Assembly: GCF_006345805.1 (NCBI RefSeq)
Contig: NC_043008.1
Span: 34,472,001-34,536,000 of the forward strand
DNA from: Octopus sinensis
Lineage: Eukaryota
DNA length: 64,000 nucleotides
Direction of reading: 5' to 3'
Part shown: piece by piece, positions 1-13,567 of the stretch
Layout of the letters: each line of letters starts with the position of its first letter
Numbering within the stretch: the stretch's first letter is position 1
Program-made: the position numbers and the translations under genes
The notes under the pieces: model-generated
What the model was told of the DNA's origin: nothing
Databases searched by the model: none
Seen by the model: the letters and a program-made list of their open reading frames with translations, nothing else

Positions 1-1865
1 CCTTCCAATGTATTTTCTCAAAATATCTTAGAAAAATTAATTCTGGATTTCACCCACACACTATGCATTCTTTTCCTCTAAATCCAGCTGTTTTCCAATA
101 TCTTATCAATTTACAATAGTGGATTGTAGATGGATTCAACTTTTGAATGAAGACCTTCCCACACGATCTTAACCCCACGAAAGACATCCGCAAAAACTCT
201 GACCCATGTCCAGCATTATTTGTTCATTAAAAGAATATTCCATCACAGTTCACCAGTTACTCCAACTAAGAAAGAGAGCAGTGAAAAGAATGGTATACAA
301 AATGGTTTAAATCGTGTTACCACAAAATAGACAGCCAGAGATAGCAAAGCTGTTAGTATCAATAAGGCTATACAAAGAATTCAGGAAATGTTGAAGCTAA
401 TATTTGCCAGATAGATCAATGTTCACTGATATGGATGGCATAACATGCAACTAACTAATAAATGGTTTGATTTATGCCTCGGTATCTTGATGCTGATGCA
501 TAGAAATGTTTCTCTTTAAATAGAAAGTATTTGGATGAATTTCAAAGAAAGACTGGCACAATATCGGAAACTTATAAAAAAGGGTCAGAACCATTTTTTT
601 TTTTTTAGTCAGAAGCACTGAGAAACTGCACAAAGCTAAAGAGATATTTATTTTCAAAGTCAACTTGGCAAAAGAAAATAAAAGTATTTAGATAATGGAC
701 TTTATAACAATGAGCTTAATGAAATTATAGCCTAAGAAATATTTCAATAAAATCAAATATATTTATAGATTATGACTGCTAACATCAGAAATGTATATCA
801 TCATCATCATCATCATTATAACCATAACCATCCTTATTATTTGAATGTCAGTATTTTTATGCTAGCATTTGGACAAGTCTGTACTTCATTATGTCCGAGC
901 ATCTTTCAGTCTTTTGGAATACAGCATGACATTTCTTCATTCAGAATATATATCATCCATTTGCATTACATTCATAACAGCATAGGCATTTCTTCTGCAC
1001 AGACTACAATTCATCTGCTGCATCAATCTGTTTGCACTTGACTTGTTTTGGTTAATACTGCATATCAACAGCGCAATATTATACTTCAGATGCTGTCGAT
1101 CCTTAACATCAACTGCTCATATGATACCACACTTCTTATTTATGATTACTTAGCAGATGCAATTTTCTAAGCTACTTCCATCCAATTTGAAACCTAGCCT
1201 CTATGTTGCCACCACCATCACCACTATCATTTGTTTCTCAATATTGAAATGGGTTAGATAGCTCTGTACTACAGTATATCTATAACTCAGTTCTGTATCA
1301 TTTCAAATGTGAAGTAAATTTTCAATATGTCTTTCATCTGCCTTTATTACAGATACTACTTTTTTTTATCCAACATACATTATTACTTTGCATTACCTTC
1401 TACTCTGAGGCAACAAGCTGGGAGGACCATTAGTATGTTGGACAAAATGCTTAACAGCATTTCTTCTGGTTTTATATTCTGAGCCACCAAGGTTGACTTG
1501 CCTTCCAGCCTGTGTCAAAATTTGAAACCATTATTTTGCAGCAATAAATGCAGCAAAATATCTAAGCAATAAATGGGCTTTATTTAAGCTTGCTAATTAC
1601 TCTTGAAAAGACCAGAAAATCTTTAAATAGTTGTTCAATCTAGTAGATAAAGCAAACAAATTTTTTTCAAAATCACATCAAATGGTCTTAAAAACAAGCT
1701 ACATTGGATAGAGTAGTCCTAGATGTAGTAAAAAAAAACATAAAAAAAGGGGTCTGAAAAATGGCAGAGGGAGTATTCCATAGCTGGAATACCTTTCCTC
1801 ATAGCTTTGTTTGATTAAAGCCAATTTGAAGCTACACAACTCCTACCCCCTTACCTTAGCAACTC

Positions 1866-2363
1866 TTACAACGATGAGAGTCCCAGCTAATACGATCAAT
1901 GGAACAGCTTGCTTGTGAAATTAACATGCAAGTGGCTGAGCACTCCACAGACACATGTACCCTTAACGTAGTTCTCAGGAAGATTCAGTGTGACAAGCCT
2001 GGCCCTTTGAAATACATATACTACTCATTTTTGCCAGCTGAATGGACTGGAGCAACATGAAATAAAGTGTCTTGCCCTAACCACAAAGCCACACGTAGCT
2101 TAGTGGTGAGGGCATTCAGCTCACAATCGTAAGGTCGTGAGTTCAATTCCAGGCAACACATTGTGTTCTTGAGCAAGACACTTTATTTCATGTTGCTCCA
2201 GTCCACTCAGCTGGCAAAAATAATTAGTACCTGTATTTCAAAGGGCCAGCCTTGTCACATTTTGTGTCATGCTGAATCTCCCTGAGAACTACGTTAAGGG
2301 TACACGTGTCTGTGGAGTGCTCAACCACTGCATGTTAATTTCATGAGCAAGCTATTCCGTTGA
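1866..2363. mobile_element. Head-to-head fused pair of S1 SINEs forming a long imperfect palindrome
   Basis: Minus copy 1866-2093 (B-box region deleted) and plus copy 2094-2363, joined at gccacacgtagc. Confidence 0.9.
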
Positions 2364-2450
2364 AGCTACACAAAAACTACTCTTGTAGATCATTCGTTTA
2401 ATAAAGAGATTTTCCTATTAATAAGATTAAATCTTCTCTGTGTACATTAA

Positions 2451-2671
2451 CCCTTTTGATATCAACACACCTGAGACTGTCGAAAGTTCTTTGACACAAA
2501 TTCCTTGTTTCTAAGTTGTCTAAATTAAAACCTTTCATCAAAACTTCTAATTAGTTTGTGTCCCGAACACCAGCTAAATAATGGCTAAGTTAATTAACTT
2601 AATTCTCCATTATTTTCAAAGCAGCTGAAACAAAAACAGTGTATTTTAACTGAAATATGCTAACCAAAGAG
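2451..2671. mobile_element. piggyBac-type MITE, same family in opposite orientation
   Basis: TTAA|cccttttgat ... ccaaagag|TTAA; body resembles the reverse complement of 42071-42290. Confidence 0.7.
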
Positions 2672-5212
2672 TTAATCTTATTTTATGCTATGAGGCTGAG
2701 CATTTTCAAACCAGACATAGTTTCTCTTAAATCTTTCAAAATTTTAATACCAATATACAGAACTCCTATTCAATAATAGTGTTCACATGAAAATAAAATC
2801 TTGATCAAAACTTCAGAACATAAGTAATATGGAATTTCAGTTAGCCAACAATATCTTAGTATATATATCAAAATATAAATTAAACATTTTTTTTCCTACT
2901 AAACCCCTTCAAAATCCTGTTTCTATGCAAAATTAACTGAAAGTAATTTACAATTTACTCATTAAAAATAGTCATGAAAAGGTTAATCTTTCTGTTTTCT
3001 CTATGGATTATTATTTTCAATGTTTATACTATGCTACATGACAACACCAATACAGCTCATTCAAGACAAACACTGCAGCAGGAAAGATGGGGATTAAGTT
3101 GCATAAAAATTGCGATTATTGCAAAACTCATGCAACATATAGCCTTTTCTGTTCATTTGATATTCAGCCATTTTCTCAAATCGCAAATTTCCCTCATAAA
3201 TTGGACATCCTTGGATCATACTCTGCTCATTTCACTTTAGTTCTTGAAGATAATTCATGTTTATCATCTCTCTTTCTCTACTATACAGCTTTACATCTTT
3301 TACTTGACATCTATAGGAAGAAAAACTCAATTACAAACACAGGTAACCTTTGCTTAAAGTTCTGCCACTTCTATCTATATCCTATTCTTTACTGAATTTG
3401 TCTGTAACTCCATTTACTGTTTTTTTATACCCTAGGCTGGTACTGATGAAGCAAACCTATGAGCAATGATATTCCATGCATGACTATCCAGTGCATATTT
3501 ACATGAGACACAAGGTATCTAGGTTTATATCATTCAATGTGACTTATAATGGTTGGGTGTGATTTGAGGGAGATTGGAGGCTGGGTACTTTTAGCAGGAC
3601 AAATGATTGCAGACGGATTCCTTTGATAGTTTACTTAGTTCTAATAGTTGTTTCACTCTGAGTCAGACTTGACAGAGAAGACCTATGATCAAAGGCATTC
3701 AAACAATAACCATCTCATCTTTGTTTTTCTGAGTGTCTCCTTTAAGATAGTAGAATGTTGTTTGAGAGAGATTTGACTATCATTTCTAGTAAGTAATGTA
3801 CCTACATAAGTTCCTTTCTCATCTCGTTTTACTCTAATTATACCATCAAAGAGATATGACCTATCTACTGTTATCAATAACCTATCTTTATTTGAAACAT
3901 CTGTGGTGTAATTCCTCAGTTATTCAGCTGCAGATTCCACTTTACTTTTACTTTATACATGCTTCTAAGTACAGAACATCAAATACTTAATATCCATCTT
4001 GATAAATACTTCACTCTTTTAAGTTTGAATATTTTCAAGAGATTTTGTACTAAGAACCACATGGTCCATAACATCTTAAGAAAACCAGTCTGTATTCCTG
4101 TATACTGCTTCATAGATTATATTGAAGGACAACCCTAACTAGCTACGAAGAGTCAGCTTGCAGACAGAGAGGTTTTGCTGAAATTGCTGACGGGACTAAA
4201 AGCTTCAACACTATGAAGAAATTATCCAAGAAGGATATCATCTTAGTAAAAAAAGGGACTGGGGTAAGGCCCATTGAATGTGATCCAAAATAAAGAAGAT
4301 TCAGATTTTTTTGGTAAGGATGGTGACAACTCCAGACATGCTTCTATCTTATTAGATTGCCACTGCAAAGCATTGCCTAACACATGCCCAGTAAGTCTTC
4401 AGAACGGCTGTGAATATATGGATTTTTTTAATACTTTTTTTTCATTTTATATATATTTATACAAATTATTCACTAACTAGATAATTTCAAATAATTTCTT
4501 TGGAAAACTTTCAATGATTGTCTTCTGTAAGAAAAAACATAATTTTATGCATGCTAATATACACGATGTGGAAGCCAAGAGTATTTTTAACTAATTGACA
4601 TTAAACCAATAACGAGGAGTCATGATGTTTCTTAGCCGTAAGTTAAACCTGGCTGAGTAAACTTATGATAGGATAGTCGAGACATAACAATCATTGTATT
4701 TTCAAACACACAAGTCAATGTAGTATGCAGTGTAAACATTCAAACATCATTATTATCTTTCTAAATCCTGCTACATCTCACATGGAATTTTTGGTTCTCC
4801 CAAGTCATCTTAATGTCTAAGTTGACCTACCTTTCTTGGGGATGTAACTTTTGATTCTGAATAATTTGACTTGTATACTGGAAAAACAGTATGACCATCA
4901 TGTCTGCATTTTTTTTAGACAGCCCCTTCTTTACCTCAGATACTCAAATGTGATGTGAAAGAGATTATGGCTGGTATTTCTAGCAAGTTGTGCATCCACA
5001 TAGAGGATCCATTATTAACTCAAACATAAATATACATACATGTTTTTTCCACTAAACTGCCCAATGACCAGATAGCAACAGTTCTCCCTGCCCAGCCACC
5101 CAACCATCCAACCACCATCACACACACAGCTATAAAGCTGAACACTGCTACCTGATATTAATAAGCAAATGTATTTCATAAGTCATGTTAACAGTTGTAA
5201 ACATTAATAATG

Positions 5213-5990
5213 TGGCAAGCAGGCAGAATCATTAGCATGCCAATCAAACTGCTAGGCAGCATTTCATCTGGCTTTATATTCTGAGTTCAAATTTCAGGGT
5301 TGAGAAAATAAGCACCAGTTGAGCATGAGCGTCAATGTAATTGACCAGCCTCTCCCAACAAAATTTCAGGCCTTGTGCTTACAATAGAAGCAATTATTAT
5401 TATTACTATTATTATTATTAGCAGTAGCATGCTGGTCACTACATTTCTGAGTTCAAATTCTGTCAAGGTTGACTTTGCCTTTCATCCTTTCGGGGTTGAT
5501 AAAATAAGTACCTGTTGAACACTGGGGTCAGTGTAATCAACTCATCCACTTGCCCAAAACTGCTGCCCTTGTGGCAAAGTTTGAAACCATTATCATTATT
5601 ATTGTTGTTAAGGCGGTGGGCTGGTGGAATCATTAGCACACCAGGCAAAATGTGTAGTGGCATTTAATCCGTCTTTATGATGTCAGTTCCTATTTCACTG
5701 AAATCGACTTTGGGATTGATGAAATAAGTACTGCTTAAACAATGGGGTCAGTGTAATTTACTTGACCCATCCTCCAAAATTTCAGGCCTTGTGCCTACAG
5801 TAGAAAGGATTTGACATGCTAGGCGAAATGCTTAGCGGTATTTCATCTGCTGGTATGTTCTGAGTTCAAATTCCGCCAAGGTCAACTTTCAGGGGTCGAT
5901 AAATTAAGTACCAGTCAAGTACTGGAGTTGATGTGATCGATCGTTCCTCTCCCTAGAAAAATCCAGGCCTTGTGCCTATAGCAGTATTGT

Positions 5991-6025
<35 letters not shown>

Positions 6026-6255
6026 AGGCTGTGGGCTGGTAGAATCATTAGCTCACCAGGGAAAATGTTTAACAGAATTTCATCTGTCTTTATGTTTTAA
6101 ATTCAAATTCCACCGAGGTTGACTTTTGCCTTTCATCCTTTCAGGATTCAATGAAATGAGTACCAGTTATGCACTGGGATCGATGTAATCAACTAGCCCC
6201 CTTCCCCAAAATTTCAGGCCTTGTACCAATAGTAGAAAAGATTGTTGTTGTTGTT
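5213..6255 (+). mobile_element. Tandem cluster of five S2 SINE copies
   Basis: Repeated ctggcagaatcattagca..ttctgagttcaaatt..gactttgcctttcatcctttc..ggccttgtgcct blocks separated by (att)n/(agt)n/(gtt)n tails. Other copies near 1400-1535, 9430-9640, 20370-20560, 39930-40140 and 41030-41245. Confidence 0.85.
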
Positions 6256-8499
6256 GCTGTAGTTACTGTAGTTTTTGTTGCCACTGTTGTAATTAAGAGG
6301 TTATCACAATAAACATCATGACACTTATAACTGTTTTATTCTATGTAATTACTGAATACTCATTTCAATTATTGCTGTATATATTGTTACTGGCCTTATT
6401 TGAGCAAGCTGGTTGATGGTAAATACTAAATAAAATCAAGCCTAAATGGCATCCTCTTAGTTGCTTTACCTACTAGAAATAGCACCCAAACCTCCATCAA
6501 ACCACACCTACAGCCCTAGAGAAAGGAAATACACAATAGATAATGCAAAATTAGAAGCATTATCAGTGAAAAAAAAATAGTACACAATGGTCAGATCACA
6601 GATCTGCTTGATCAGAGATGACCGAGAGCAAATCTTACATGAGCAAGTGTTGGTGGTGGGGGGACAAACACAGACACACACAAGTATGTTTTATTTCTTT
6701 GCACATATATTTACTGGAAGTCAAAAGTTTCACTGTTACTCTGAAAATTACATAGTAGTGAAGGGTAGGACAAGACAGCCAGTATTCATAATCTCAAAAG
6801 AGAAAAAAAATACATGGAAATACAGAAAAAAAAAATACAAGAAATATCTGAATGTAATGCTGAGATGCTGAAGTAATAAATTTTTTTTAAACGTTATATT
6901 GGTTCTTTTAGCTCTGTCTAGATACAAATATATATATTAAAAGAAGGAACAAAAAGGGTGTGGCCATATCAGCATCTCTTGTTGTGCAAGAATTGAATAG
7001 TGAAACAAATATTAAATTTCATACACATATCACCACCACCACTATCATCATCATCATCATCATCAATTAAAAATTTTTTGCTTCCATATTTCACTAAGAA
7101 ATTACTCGAACAAATAATTCATTTTCATTTCATAATGCACCCATCTTTCATAAACAATTACTTGGACAGCTCAAAATAAATCATGCGGACACCCGGATTA
7201 TAGATAGATTACATTGACATTTAATGCGGATTGCTTGTGATAATTTCCCAGATGACTTTAGTTTCACTTTGTGATAATAAAACAAAGAAAATACCACCCA
7301 AAGCTATTTATAGTAAGATACTTGCCTAAGATGTCATCTTAGCAGCATTACAGGCACCAGAGCAAATCAACGTCCTAGGCCCTAAGGTTTTTGTTTTTTT
7401 TTATTAACAGCATACGTAGATTGGAATTGGGCCCCCTAGACCCTATGTAAATCAATACACTGGGTCCAGTAGAATTTAGTTATTGACAACAAGCCCACAA
7501 GACAAAGACTACAACTGGACCTGTAGACCCGTAAGGACCCCCTGGTAACTGACCAGTATGGCCATGCCTACTACACTGTGTGCTACGATTGATACCTAGA
7601 AGCCTGTAGTTGTGAAGTGAGTTCCTTAACTACACAGTATGTGCCTGACAAAACTGACTAGAAAGATACTGATTTGAAAGAGAATAATAAAAAGACATGT
7701 TACATTCTGAATTAGTTTATTAAAGCAGTTAAAAGCTACTTAGTTTGTTCAAAGATTCATCTCAAAATGCTAAGCTTATGAAATAGCATTGCTATAAAAT
7801 TTCTGACATGATATCTGTCAGCCTGATTTAGAACAGTTGAGATAGAAAAAATCTGCTGCCTGAATGCATCCATGCACGTGTGTGTGTGTGTCTGGCATGT
7901 AGTTAAACCGTACATATAAGAAATATGTCCAGAAATGATAACGAAAATAGTTGGGCTGACCTAATCTTGATCACTAACTGATAGGCATGGAGAATCACCT
8001 CAGAGAAGTCAATCTATCATCTAACAACAACTCCCTGTTTTCCTCCAAACTCTCACCCCACCTATCTCTCCCTTTCACACACAAACACACACATACATTA
8101 AAATATTAATTAAAAGCCAACTCGGGATCAATTTATGAGGTCATGTGACCTGCTAGAAATCACAACCTAATCAATCTTGAATCACACACTAGTCTTAAAT
8201 AAGACACATTTGATATAATGTAAACCTGGAAATATTGTATCTGGAGGTGTGAATGTCGAAAGGTTCTGATTTGTATACAGTACTGAATCAATTATCATCC
8301 AGCAAGTCTGACACTGGAAATATCCGGATATCTGGATTTTCCAGTTTTCCGGGGACAGTCTAAATATATACTTAGAATATAAAATAAGCTATGAAAAGTA
8401 AAGAGCTAAACTGCATTTAACATATTCAAATTAATACACTTATGATGTGAGGTCTACTCGATATTAATTAATCCACTAGGCCAAGAGAAATCATAGTTA

Positions 8500-8945
8500 T
8501 GGCTGTGCCAGTGTCATGAAAATGGCACCCATGCATCATGGTCACAGCCAGTGCCATATAAATGGCACCCCTGAATTATACATGTAGTCGCAACTGGTAC
8601 CATTTAAATGACACCCATGCATTGTAGTCATGATCATTGCCGGTGCCATGTAAATGGCATCTGGGAATCGTAGTTGTAGTCGTTGATGGTGCCATATAAA
8701 TGGCACCTGTGAATTAAGGTCATTGCCAGTGCCACGTAACTGGTTCCTGTGAATCATAATCGTGGTTGTTGCTGGTGTCATGCGAATGGTACCCATGCTG
8801 GTGGCATGTAAAAGCACCCGTTACACTCCTGGAGTGGCTGGCATTAGGAAGGGTATCCATGCCAAATCAGACTGGAAACTGGTGCAGCTCTCCAGCTTCA
8901 GTCAAACCATTTAAGTTCATGCCAGCATGGAGAACAGATGATGAT
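8500..8945 (+). mobile_element. S4 retroposon with an array of short palindromic units and a (gat)n tail
   Basis: Eight units of gccagtgccatNNaaatggcaccc precede ggcattaggaagggtatcc..ccatgccagcatgga..gatgatgat. Confidence 0.8.
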
Positions 8946-11003
8946 GATATCATACTGTACCATGTATACAGTGTAACATTTATAAGGTGAAAATTAAACA
9001 AAGTACATTTCATTTCACAGATACAGGTACAAATTAATGCAATTCTAACTCAGAGTATGTTTAACCTTTATCAATCCAATTAAAAAAAGTAAAGAATATG
9101 GGACCCTAAGTGATAAGGCGCAGTTTATGTCCTCATAACTTAACAGTTTAGCAAAAGATATCGATAAAATAAACACCAAGCTTAAAAAGAAAAGGTATTG
9201 GCATTGATTCTTTTGCCTAAAATTTCTTCAAGGCAATGCCCTAGCATGGTAGCAATCCATGAAACAAGTAAAAGATAAAAAAAAAACTATTTGTAACACA
9301 CCAGAAGTAAATTAACCTACTAGAAAAACAGGGTCTGTTACTCGACAGAGGGTACAGTATACTGCATGGTACTGGACAGCATTCCCAGATTTCTAGGAAA
9401 GCCAGATAAGAAGTCCAGTAGGGCAGATTTAGAAGTAAACAATCTTCCAACATATAATCCTTTCTACTAAAGGCGCAAGGCCTGAAATTTGGTGGGAGGG
9501 GAGTAGTCGATATCATCAACCCCAGTACACAACTGGTACTTAATTTATCGACCCCGAAAGGATGAAAGACAAAGTCAACCTCAGAACATAAAGACAAAGT
9601 GCCATTAAACATTTTGCCTAGTGTGCCAGTTCACCGCCTTTACAATCTTTCAACATATGACAAGTTGTTTAGCCCAGGCTTATGGTTCAAAAGAGGGGAC
9701 ATATAAACAGCCCACAACAAATATTTGACTGAAGGTATTTAATACTACATCATCTAATGTATCGTGTTCCTTAATTTCTTATATTTAGAATAACTGTAAA
9801 AAGCGGATCAAAGAAAATTAGGCTGCTTCCAGCAGGTCCACAAACTATTTGTGGTCAATAGATTTGCTGGAAAGAGTAGCTAAATCACACTAAAATCACA
9901 TCCAACACTGGCTTCAATATCACTCTAGATGCCCTCCTTAAGAATAAGATCACATCTAGATCAATTCTGCTCAATCAAGCTATCCTGGGACTAAATAAGA
10001 ATACGTCAAATGTCAGCTGCTTTAAAAGTCAGCCTCCTGTCATTGATTAAAATTAATAGTTATTATAGACCATATGTAACTTTTATATATATATATATAT
10101 ATATATATAATAAAACAATATTGAACACATACGTACTTGTACACGATGAACAAAATGAATAATAATAATAATAACAATAATAATAATAATAACTACACTC
10201 ACGGAGTGGTTGGCGTTAGGAAGGGCATCCAGCTGTAGAAACACTGCCAGATCAGACTGGGCCTGGTGCAGCCTTCAGGCTTCCCAGACCCCAGTTGAAC
10301 CGTCCAACCCATGCTAGCATGGAAAGCGGACGTTAAACGATGATGATGATGATGATGATATATATATATAGGTAGATATATCTTCTATACAAAACATAAA
10401 TCAGCCTCCTCCATATTTTTAAGAGGTCTTGGGCTAACAGGTTTTGGGATCTGACAATATGCCATAAAGCGTCCCTTTATGGACGGGAAACCTAAGAAAA
10501 TCCCATAAACCAGCCTTCCCCGTTTTTTATACACATATAGATATATACATACACATATACATTAACATACGTACATATATATATTTATATATATATATAT
10601 ATATACATACATTGGCCTGCTCGCTTAGCCACCGGGGTGGCGTCATTCGAAGGCTAAAACAATGCGAACGCATTGTGACCAGCGATGTGTAACAACATCT
10701 GATGGTCTGGTCGGTCACGTTATATATATATACATACATACATACACCATATGGATATATCTTATACTTCTTTCAGTCATTAGACTGTGGCCATGCTGGG
10801 ACACTGCCTTGAAAAATATTTTTAGTCAAAGGAATCAACCCAGTACTAATTCTCTTTTTTTTTTCAAGCTCATAATTGTATAATCAGTCTCTTTTTCAAA
10901 CTGCTAGGTTGTAGTAACGTAAACCAGTTGTCAAGCAGTGGTGGCGGGACAAATACAGGTACAAAGACACACACTCCCTCTCAGAAACACATATATATAT
11001 ATA

Positions 11004-11368
11004 CTAGCACTATGACCTGGCAACGCCGGGTCATAGTGCTAGTGCATGCATATACAGCTGCGTGCGTGTGCACATACACGCAAATACTGTCCAAATCTCC
11101 GACCAATCACATACAGCTAGCTGGCATTCAATTGGCGTATCAAGTTTTGGGCATTTTGATTGGGTTTTGGATAGAAAATTCACAAAAATTTCATTTCTAT
11201 CGATTTTTTTAATGGCTTTGCGGGGTGACTGGGGAAATGTAAAGATGTGCACGACCACCCTTGGATGGTTTTGAATGACCATAGAAAGTGCGAGCCCTCT
11301 AACTGAAAAATTGTGGATTTGTATAAAGGACACACACACAGACATTTTGCAATTTATATATAGAGAGA
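11004..11368 (-). mobile_element. Non-autonomous Helitron inside a SINE microsatellite
   Basis: On minus it starts A|TCtctatatataaa and ends CTAG|T; palindrome actagcactatgacc..ggtcatagtgctagt at 11003-11043. Confidence 0.8.
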
Positions 11369-12061
11369 TATATGTATGTATACAAGCTTCTTTCAGTTTC
11401 CATCTACCAAATCCACTCAGAAGGCTTTGGTCGGCCTGAGGTTACAGTACAAGACACTTGCCTGAGGTGCCAAGCAGTGGGACTGAACTGGGAGCCATGT
11501 GGTTGAAAATCAAGCTCCTTAGCACACAACCAGACTTATATGTGTGTGTGTGTGTATTATGATGATGATGATGATGGAAGTTCTTCATGACTGAAGATCA
11601 TGAGAGAGCGCAGCAAGCCCTTAAGTGTGTGTGTGAGTGAGACAGACAGAGAGAGAAAGGACACAGAGATAGTGGGTGATATTGCAGACAATACCAAGTG
11701 CAAAGTAATCAGGAACCAAAATAGAGGACAAAAGAACATGAAGAAAAACCACAAGCGACAATTATCTTACACACGTACGAGTTATGTAAGACAAGAATCA
11801 AGCAGTAAACAACAGCAGCAGAACTGGTAGAATACTTGAGTCTGTAAGATATATTCTAAAGATTATACATTAATAAAAATAATGACACGAGTCTCCTATG
11901 GTATTGTATGGGGAAAGGGGGAGAAATTGAAATAAGTCATCAAGTGTGTGATGGCAAAAGTAAAATCTTAATAGTTGTCATTGCTTCCCTTTTATCTTTT
12001 ACATCTTTCAGTCATTTCACTGCAGCCATGTGCAGTAAATAAATATATATACATATATATA

Positions 12062-12093
<32 letters not shown>

Positions 12094-12094
<1 letters not shown>

Positions 12095-12283
12095 GTTACT
12101 CCAAACATGAACAAAGAGAAAACACAACAATGCGAGAACGTGGAACAAGTATAGTGTTATTGGACGCTCAGGAAAGGAAAGAAAGAATGAGGATTTAACA
12201 TTTTGAGCGGAGCTCTTCATCAGAAACATAGAAAAAGGAAAGGTCCAAGGAAGGGAAGACGGAGAAAGAAAATCACCAACAAT
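12094..12283 (-). mobile_element. Hammerhead-bearing element, family A (copy A1, decayed core)
   Basis: Motif at 12193-12227 reads gtttCTGATGAagagctccgctcAAAAtgttaaat on minus; the cgaaacg to caaaatg change is typical CpG decay. Confidence 0.7.
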
Positions 12284-12319
12284 ACACACACACACACACA
12301 CATAGATACTGCATATATA

Positions 12320-12529
12320 CGAGGGGTTGCTGAAAAGTTCCTGGCTCTGGGTAAAAGAAAATACAGGAGGATCAGTTAATTATGATTCTATTCAACACAT
12401 TCCTCCCACCCGAGAATCGCACACTTATTGCAGCAGTCCTTCAGTTTTTCTAGGCCCTGTAAAAGAACTCGGGAGGTTGGGCCTCCAGCCAGGCCTTTTG
12501 TGATACCCTTAAATCCAGGAACTTTTCAG
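12320..12529. mobile_element. Mariner-type MITE
   Basis: TA|cgaggggttgctgaaaagttcctgg with inverted ccaggaacttttcag; right TIR truncated. Confidence 0.7.
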
Positions 12530-12539
12530 AGAGGATAGA

Positions 12540-12572
<33 letters not shown>

Positions 12573-12720
12573 TGTGGGTAGGTGTGTGAAGAAAAGAGAT
12601 GACAAAAGAAAAAATGTTTATCATATGAACTTCGTTAGCTTACAGCTGTTTCCACTATAAGAAATGGTGAATGCCTGAGTAGCACCTTAGAGCTTCATCA
12701 GTGACTCATATATATATATA

Positions 12721-13125
12721 TCTCTTATTATAAAAGGCAGATTTTATCTGCCTCCCTTTGGGAGTTATACAAATCTACAATATAGGATTTCTTCAATTAC
12801 AATTTACCTACCATTTTTAAGAGTACAATGCATCGCGTCATGCCAGGTCCAGTTTTTAAAATTTAAACTCCAATTAAGCAAAATTTACAGAAAACTCACA
12901 TTCTGGTGTGTGTGTCAAATGCTTTTCTTAGTCTGGTTTACACCACACGCAAACGCACACACACAGTGGGCAACGAATAAAGTGAAACTAGATGTAATAT
13001 TTGTTTCTCTCTATCACGCTGATAGATACATGAGTAAAATGTATGGGAAGCTAACACATAAGTGTGAGTGAAAATGTTCTTGGAAGAGAGTAAATAGCCA
13101 GAGATAGTGATTTGAGGAAGACTTT
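12721..13125 (+). mobile_element. Possible Helitron 5-prime portion
   Basis: Starts a|TCtcttattataaaa after (TA)n, like the other Helitron heads; no CTAG end seen. Confidence 0.35.
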
Positions 13126-13182
13126 ACATTAAATAACCGTACTGGCTTGTGTTAGTAATAAAGTAAACATACACTCATACAT

Positions 13183-13215
<33 letters not shown>

Positions 13216-13523
13216 TACATACACACACACACACACATACATATACATACATACATATACATACATACATACACACACACATACACACACACACACACAC
13301 AGTATTGAAGCTTGAGAACAATCAGATACATTTGCAACACATCTGTTGAAAATATTATTGTTCACACACATACATATACATATATACATACAGACAGACA
13401 GACAGATAGACACACACACACACACACACATGATCCAGCATGGCCACAACCTCAAGGCTGAAACATATAAAAGAATAACAGAATATAAATGTGTGCATGT
13501 GTGTGAGAGAGAGAGTGTGTGTG

Positions 13524-13555
<32 letters not shown>

Positions 13556-13567
13556 TGTATGTATATA

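Noticed and set aside
230-760. Long stop-poor plus-strand frame
   Set aside because: Multiple stops and a poly-T interruption; no family motif I can name.
2094-2165. tRNA genes (also 55260-55332 and other SINE heads)
   Set aside because: A/B boxes run directly into SINE bodies, with no acceptor stem closure.
3050-3880. Single minus-strand LINE
   Set aside because: Endonuclease-like (about 3100-3300) and RT-like (about 3700-3880) hints are weak and in the wrong order for one element.
8500-8820. CRISPR array
   Set aside because: Repeats are degenerate, sit inside a multicopy retroposon and have related spacers; no cas genes; animal DNA.
9320-9400. Possible minus-strand exon (KSGNAVQYHAVYCTLCRVTDPVFLV)
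   Set aside because: No resemblance to SNX27, weak donor and no partner exons.
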